Below, one piece after another: positions 35,578 to 64,000 of a stretch of DNA of 64,000 bases. The notes under the pieces were generated by a model. The model was given only the letters and a program-made list of their open reading frames with translations. It had not been told where the DNA came from and made no database searches. This stretch comes from the human T2T-CHM13v2.0 reference genome, Homo sapiens: the NCBI RefSeq assembly GCF_009914755.1, contig NC_060940.1. One strand, 5' to 3'. The stretch's first letter is position 1, and every line of letters starts with the position of its first letter. Both the position numbers and the translations under genes were made by a program.

Positions 35578-36486
35578 GTACTGCTCTGCCTGGCTGTAGC
35601 TTGGAGGAGCTTGTCTTCCTTCTGCTCTTTTTCTTTTTATTTATTTTTTAATAGTGGGCAGGGCAGTGATCGCGTGGGACTTGGTGGGGTGGTGTATGGG
35701 CACAGAAATCCATGTCTTAATAGTAGTCAAAACGTAATGGTGTTGTCTGGCATCTTAATTTAAATGAAGTCATCTTTTGTGCAGAATTCTCAGAGCCACA
35801 TGGTACAGTCTCCTCTGGGTTCGGGGACCTGTAGCACACTGGTTTATTTCACCAGTGTGGCGTGCCAGTTGCTGGGAAATTAATAATCTGTTTTAATTTG
35901 ATGCCTGAGGATAGCATGGCATTTCATAATTAATGTCTTCCATACCAGCAACAGAAACCCCAGAGGTTCTGTTATCATCCAATTTAATGTTGGAAAAACA
36001 TTTCCATGTGAGTGACAAGCATAATGCTAAATAATAACTATTAATGCTTAGTACTTAGTGCAAGACTTGCACTTTGATGTAAATTAACTCATTCAGTTCG
36101 ATAGCCCTGTGAGTAGTAGGGACTGTTATTACTGCCACTGTACAGATGAGGAAACTGTTCATAGTGATCTGCTTTGGAGCTGAACCTTGAAGTGGATCAT
36201 GTCATGTAACAAATGTCCTGTGGTCTCCTCCTCCCCTGAGCTTTCAGTTCCAGCCCTGACCACGGCTGCTGCTGGGAATCCCGGAATCTTTCTTATCACT
36301 ATGTCAGTGTCGTTGCTGAGTAAAATGTGCTGTCTTTGGCTGGTTCCCCTTTCACAGCCAAAAGTTGGACCTTGTTGCATTTGGTGGCGGTGTGTGGAAA
36401 TTCTCTGCTAACATAATCCTTAGTCTTTCCCTCTCCTTCATGTTGCTGTATCATCCTTTCTTTTTTCTCAACCCTTCAATAGATCT

Positions 36487-38195
<1,709 letters not shown>

Positions 38196-39209
38196 TGAGG
38201 ATCTGACTTTGAAACACTGCCTTCCCTTGCTTTCTGCGATGCCATAGCCTCTTGGCACACTTTCTTCTTCTTTTCTGATCCTTGTTGGCATATCACTTCC
38301 ATACCCTCAAATATTATTCATCCTTGGATTCATTGTTGGCTCTTGTTTCTATGCATACTGTTTGGATTCCTTGGTGAAGTTGCTCTGTATGTGCCTGTTA
38401 TTCTTAGTCATACCCGCAGCCCAGAGCACTTCCTTGAACTCTGTCTCATGAATGTCTCTATTTGGCGTACAGCACGGGCTTGTCAGTCTCCAAAACTGAA
38501 TTCTGATCTTCATCCATATGTGTTCCTGTGTTTCTTGCTTAGTAAATGGCTCTGCCTTTTACCCAGGTCCCCTGGACAGCTCTTGGGCTTCCTCCCAGCC
38601 TTCTCCTTCTCCCTCTTCTCTGCCCCAAAACCAGTCCCACAAAGAGCATTGTTTTCTGTCTCTCACATGGGTCCCTGAGCCACTCGCGGTTCCTCCATCC
38701 TCAGTGAATTCTCTTCTTTCTCCCCGACTTGTGTTTTCCTGCCTTCAGTCTTGATCAGCTCTGACCCACTTTGCACATCATGGAGTGGTCTTCTTTAATG
38801 ACCATCCCACTCCCCCACTTATTCCCCGTAACCCCACTAACTTAAAGCTCTTCTGTGGGTCTCTTGTAGAATCGGGACAAAGTATCCAGTGCGTGATCTG
38901 GCTTCTTGGGCTCTCTTCCCTACTGGCTGTATCTGTCTCTGTTCTACCTCTTATGCCGTGCTGTATGCCAGGGCTGACAGGCAGCGGCAGGTCTGACATC
39001 ACAACTCTTTCATCCAGTTTGCAAATAAATGATGGCCTGAGTCCCACAAGCTCCCCTCCTGCCACGCCCCTGCCTTGGGACTCTTGAGACCTCTCCATAA
39101 TTCAGCAGCTGAAGCACTAATGCCAGATCCTGTGTGGGGCAGGGCCTTCAGTGCCGCTGCCTGTGCTTTGCTTGGTGCCTCTCAGTAATTTAGATGATTC
39201 AGTTCTGTA

Positions 39210-42020
<2,811 letters not shown>

Positions 42021-42880
42021 TCATCCTTGTAGCTCTAGTGTCTTGAAAGATACCTGGCCACCTACACAGTAGATGCCACCAAAGGACTGCATTCAAAATA
42101 ACCACTTGAAGACCCTGACTTCAGAACATGCTGCTCATTTTCCCAGGAAGCCAAACCCCTACTCTCAGTGGTCTGTACGCATCTTCAGTCAGTGGGAAGC
42201 GGTGGTAATATACCCATAACTGTAAAATGAGAGAGACCGACTTCCTTGATCTTCAGTGGGGATTTTTGAAAATGGTTGATTGCACTCAAAGCAGAATTTG
42301 TATTTTGCTTCATTGGGTCACCTTGGGCAACAATTTCATTTCTGTAGAAAATTAATTTTGGAGGAAGCTGCATGTGCCAGGGGAGCCCTGGGTCCATCCT
42401 TTTGATGGTGAGGGGAAGTCCAGTTCCTCACTCGCCCATCCCTGCTTTCGGTTCCCTGTTGGTGATTTTCTTTTGTATTCATGCACGTGCCAATCAGCTG
42501 CTTTTGGTAAGGGAAGCCTTGGAAGGATGTCTGCTAAAGGTGCAGAGAAAATGCAGAGCTCCATTCAAGGTGAAAAAAGTGGTTGACAACTGGCAGAAAG
42601 AAGCTGGCTTTAGGGAGGAAGTCAGAAGCCAGGGTGCTGTACCCGTTGGGCTGTGTGTTATCCTGGGTCACTGGATCATGGGCATGTCCACAGGGTCCCT
42701 CAGGGGTGGGTTCTTGACACCCAGGGTGGCATGGACTTGGGCCAGTGGCTATTTACTAAGGGGTATGAATGTGTCCCAGCATGTTAAGATCTAGTGGAGC
42801 TGGACTGATACCTATTGGCCGAATGTGACCTCTGCCTGTTTCAAAGGTGTTTAATCCTGATGTCTCATAAATTAAGACTC

Positions 42881-44764
<1,884 letters not shown>

Positions 44765-45238
44765 GGGTTTTCTGTTTTTGTTGTTGTTGTTGTTGAGCAA
44801 TGCTTTGTTTGTTTTGGGGCAGTGTTGTCACATTGATGAGGCACCCCTCACCCCGCATGGCTGTGGAGCACAGGTGTTGCTCAGCACCTGGTGTGTTCTT
44901 GGTCTTCTATAGATGTTTGTCAGATGACTGAAGAACATGCCCTGTCTCACTGCGTTATTTCCTGTGGTTGCAAATGATAGAAAATTCTTTAGATTGATTT
45001 AAGAAAAAAAAGATGAAGGACATTTATTTATTGACTCAAGTAATTAAGAAATCATCTTGGAGTTGAGCTGGATTAAGGGGGTCTGCCTTCTCCCAAATCT
45101 GTCTCCATCTGTCGTCCCTCACCACCGCTTCTCTGTGGTTGGGTGTCTTTCCGGGTGGGGTCTCGCTACATGATGGGGTGGAAAATGGCCCCAAGTAGCT
45201 CCAGGTTTCCAGGATGATGAGAGATCCTACTTCTAGAA

Positions 45239-45451
45239 CGGGGTCGGCACACTCCCTCCTTACGGGTCATATTATAGGGTTTGTGAGCCATGCGATCTCT
45301 ATCGCAGTGACTCAGCTCTGCCACTGGAGCAGAAACTCAGCCACAGACCATATGGGAGCAAATGGGTGTGGCTGCGTTCCAGGAACACCGTGCTTATAAA
45401 AACAGTTTGGAGGCCAAATTTGACTCCCAGGCCATTGTTTGCTGACCTCAG
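45239..45451. mobile_element. MER58A (hAT-Charlie)
   Basis: TIRs ggggtcggca / tttgctgacctcag; internal ctcagctctgccactg...cagccacagac...aatgggtgtggctg. Confidence 0.85.
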
Positions 45452-45519
45452 CTCCTGGAGGAGACAAGGCCTCTTTTCTGGTGGCTCTGGTAGAACTTGT
45501 GCGAAGAGACCCTGTGGTC

Positions 45520-45640
45520 CAGGGCTGAGACTGGGGTGAGGTTAGTGAGACACTCACTTTGGCCACAAAATTGAAGGCGGTACCAAAAAACTTATCAATC
45601 AAGATAAATACTATTTTTATGTAATATTAAAAAAAACGAA
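45520..45640. mobile_element. MER96B-like hAT fragment
   Basis: gactggggtgagg...cacaaaattgaaggcggtaccaaaaaacttatcaatcaagataaat; family from recalled consensus. Confidence 0.55.
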
Positions 45641-45796
45641 AGTTGCATATGCCATGGTTCCGGCCAGTTAATTGCCTGCCCTGGGTTAGCTGTCCACCCC
45701 TGCAGTAGGGGGAGGTTAGGATAGTGCTGAAGGATCCCAGTGGAATGTGTTTCCCGTAGGAAAGCGGGGTGCTCTTACTAGAAGAAAGGGAAAGGG

Positions 45797-50002
<4,206 letters not shown>

Positions 50003-50092
50003 AGCAAATGTTGATTTTTTTATAAAAAAGAAAAGTGCAGTAAAAAAGACTGAAAACTCTTGAAAATGTCAATATTGGTCTTTTCTGGATGA

Positions 50093-50884
<792 letters not shown>

Positions 50885-51017
50885 TATCTCCTACCTTTTC
50901 CATGCTAAGGGGATACTCTGTTACAATCTCCAACTTCGCCTAGAGGCTTTGTGTGTTCCTCTCCCAGTGCTGAGTGCCCCAGGCCGAGTGCCAGGCGCCT
51001 GTGCCCTCTCTCCGTAG

Positions 51018-51198
51018 AGCCCGTGTTCTGGTACTACGTGAAGGAGGTCCTCAACAAGCACGAGCTGCAGCGCTTCTACTCCCTGCGCCACATCGCCTCA
51101 GACGTGGGCCGGGGTCGCGCCTGGCTGCGCTGTGCCCTCAACGAACACTCCCTGGAGCGCTACCTGCACATGCTCCTGGCCGACCGCTGCAGGCTGAG
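51018..51198 (+). CDS. SNX29: SNX29 coding exon 5 (181 nt; RUN core, PVFWYYVKEV...GRGRAWLRCALNEHSLERYL...)
   Basis: ctctctccgtag|AGCCCG...GCTGAG|gtacgt; hallmark RUN motifs FW and GRGRAWLRxAL; CpG-rich exon; within ORF 50951..51244. Confidence 0.96.
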
Positions 51199-51239
51199 GT
51201 ACGTGGCCGGGATGCGACCTGGGATGGGATGGAGCAAGA

Positions 51240-56351
<5,112 letters not shown>

Positions 56352-56488
56352 CATGGGAGGTATTTTTATACCTATTTAAGATCAACGTGCCTCCTCTTCT
56401 GTACTCTGTTGTCTGCAGCTGTCTTCTCTTGTTGCTGGTATGACTGCCCATCAGCAAGCACTCCAGACTTTTCCCTTTTTTTGGGCAG

Positions 56489-56737
56489 GTCTGAACTCCA
56501 TACTCTTTGCGATTAACATCGACAACAAGGATTTGAACGGGCAGAGTAAGTTTGCTCCCACCGTTTCAGACCTCTTAAAGGAGTCAACGCAGAACGTGAC
56601 CTCCTTGCTGAAGGAGTCCACGCAAGGAGTGAGCAGCCTGTTCAGGGAGATCACAGCCTCCTCTGCCGTCTCCATCCTCATCAAACCTGAACAGGAGACC
56701 GACCCCTTGCCTGTCGTGTCCAGGAATGTCAGTGCTG
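56489..56737 (+). CDS. SNX29: SNX29 coding exon 7 (249 nt, symmetric phase 1-1; end of RUN domain [11 protein letters not shown] plus 11-mer repeats)
   Basis: ttccctttttttgggcag|GTCTGA...GTGCTG|gtgagt; within ORF 56440..56907. Confidence 0.95.
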
Positions 56738-57172
56738 GTGAGTGGGAACGGGTGCTCGAGGCGGAGCAGAGGGAATCAGAATGTGGCGGATGGGGTGGAC
56801 ATATCTTGTCATCTGAAAGTCATTCCAAGGGGAATGGAGTCCAGTGCACTTGCGTTTTCCATTTGTGTTTCTGTTTCTCATCCTCATTCACTCTGAAAGG
56901 GCTCTGACGGCCTTACCTAGATGCGAGAATTGCCGGGTGGAAAAATGAACAGCTCAACCATAGCAAACGGAAAGTGAGAGTGTGAGAGACACCGGGAGCC
57001 AGATGACGTTGATCCTCATTCATTAATTCCTTTATTTGTTCCTTCATCGTATTCTGTGTGTTAGGCGGTGAGCCGAATAGGAAAGACAGATTACCAGCAG
57101 GTAGCCTGCAGTCTCCTTTGGGATGGGTGTGGGTGGGTAGTTCATGACAAAATATATAATTTATGATCCTTA

Positions 57173-58061
<889 letters not shown>

Positions 58062-58487
58062 TAGTATTCTCAAATCTCTGAAACAAGGCAGTAACTGTGG
58101 CCATCCCTTTGGAATTATTCATGGTGAAAGTGTAGAGTCCCATGGTGTCTTTGGTACACAGTGGCCTTGTCTGTCTTGCCCTGTGCTTCTCCAGCAGAGA
58201 CCCTGCACGAACCTTGTAGAAGATAGGGCTGTTGACAGCTTTGTGTAACAGACACTGAAATTTCTACACCCACAGGAGTAGAAGTCCCACCCATTTTTGG
58301 AACTCTGCTTTTGAGGTGATCTCAGAGTTGTGCTATACCAGTGAGGCCTCACCGCATCACACATTGGTTTAGACAGATTGGATTTTTGGAATTGGCTCAA
58401 AGTGTCTTACATCCAAGTGTGATGATTAAAATAGGGGCACAAAGTGTCTTCTGTGAGTGCTGGTCACTAAGGCAAGCTTGATTTCTT

Positions 58488-59600
<1,113 letters not shown>

Positions 59601-59964
59601 CTACACCCCCCAGCTGGTTCTCCTGGTCTCATCTACCAGCTATGAGAATATTTTCCAAAGTGAAGCATTGAAGATCATTTTGGTAATGGTAGCATCCTTC
59701 GCATCAAAGTGACTGCTTAGAAGGAACAGTTTCAAGATGTGCTCTGTGGTGTGTTTATTTAAATCAGAGGCAGAGGCCTGCGTCCATTCTGCTCAATCTT
59801 CTGTACACAGATTTTCACTGAGGATTTTAAAAAGTCTGAATTCATGTTACAGTGTATTTCTCACTCGAATAGTATTTTCCATAACCTGGAGGTGAGTTGG
59901 TTCCATCATCCTTTTGTCTTGCCTCCTTTTTCTTATACTGTATCTTTTTTTTTTTTTTTGCCAG

Positions 59965-62383
<2,419 letters not shown>

Positions 62384-62437
62384 ATTCTGTCAAATGTTTT
62401 TCATGTTTCTACTTAATTATGAATATTGATTTGTTGA

Positions 62438-62936
62438 TGTAATGGTTAATTTTGTGTGTCAACTTAACTGGGCTGTGGGATGCCCAGATTGAATATTCTG
62501 CTTCTGGGTGGATCAGTGGGGATGTTTCTGGGTGAGGGAAGTGTTTGAATTGGTGGACTCAGTAAAGGCGATAGCCCTCCCCAGTGTGGGTGGACCTCAT
62601 CCAATCCATTGAAGGCCTGAACAGAACAACAAGTGAAGGCAGGGAGGGATTCTTTCCTTTCCGCCTGCTAGCTTCAGCTGGAACATGGCTTTTCGGCCCT
62701 GGGCCAGGGACTCCCACTATCTGCTCTCCTGGTTCTCAGGCTTCAGACTTGGACTTCACCACACCCCCAGCTTTCCTGGGTCTTCAGCTTGTGGACTGCG
62801 GATCATGGGACTTCTTGGTCCCTGCAGTTGTGTGGAGCAGTTCCTCAATATAAACCTGTATTTGTATCTCTCTGTCTCTCTCTCTTCAGGCACACACCCC
62901 TTGGTTCCATTTCTCCGCAGAACCGTGGCTAACGCA
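62438..62936 (+). mobile_element. MLT2D-like ERVL solo LTR
   Basis: TGTAATGGTTAATTTTGTGTGTCAACTT...catccaatccattgaaggcctgaacagaac...agaaccgtggctaacgCA; TSD gttga/gttgc. Confidence 0.85.
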
Positions 62937-63176
62937 GTTGCCTTTCAGTCAGATCAACATATTATGACTTGTGAAATGTTTCCCCTTTTGTTGGGTATTT
63001 ATGCTGATGGTTTTTGTTTTTGCTTTTTGTTATCAGCGGATCTCAAATGAATATTTTCACACGCAAGATTTTTTTCCTACGAGTGAACTGTTTGTTAGGG
63101 CAGCTTTTCAGCAGCCTTGTTCTTGCTCATAGGGTATGAATGTTTTTGTACCTGGCATCCAAGTCTTGTGACCTGC

Positions 63177-63995
<819 letters not shown>

Positions 63996-64000
63996 AGTGC

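Overview
Human (primate) genomic DNA lying entirely inside the 5' half of SNX29 (sorting nexin 29, formerly RUNDC2A; I recall it as 16p13), + strand. Seven internal coding exons (numbered 2-8 here) sit at 7415-7476, 11110-11162, 35453-35577, 51018-51198, 54501-54571, 56489-56737 and 59965-60340. All have AG/GT boundaries, join in one continuous frame, and encode the N-terminus, the RUN domain and the acidic linker. Exon 1 and the coiled-coil/PX exons are outside the window. The rest is intron: about 75 Alu copies (roughly a third of the bases) plus MIR, L2, old L1, MaLR/ERVL solo LTRs and DNA-transposon MITEs. Almost all ORFs in the supplied track are Alu/repeat artefacts. There is no prokaryotic-type system (no CRISPR, operon, tRNA or rRNA). 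The best leads are RNA-processing signals: (1) the exon 8 donor itself encodes a stop, which would give a RUN-only isoform with an inverted-Alu 3' UTR; (2) a candidate 15-nt poison microexon or alternative last exon with twin AATAAA in intron 4; (3) an in-frame, stop-free exon 5-7 circle flanked by opposed Alus; (4) an 11-mer amphipathic repeat in symmetric exon 7; (5) a cryptic donor hidden by a U1-mimic hairpin; (6) several templated duplications and insertions. Repeat coordinates are approximate and subfamily calls come from recalled consensus sequences.
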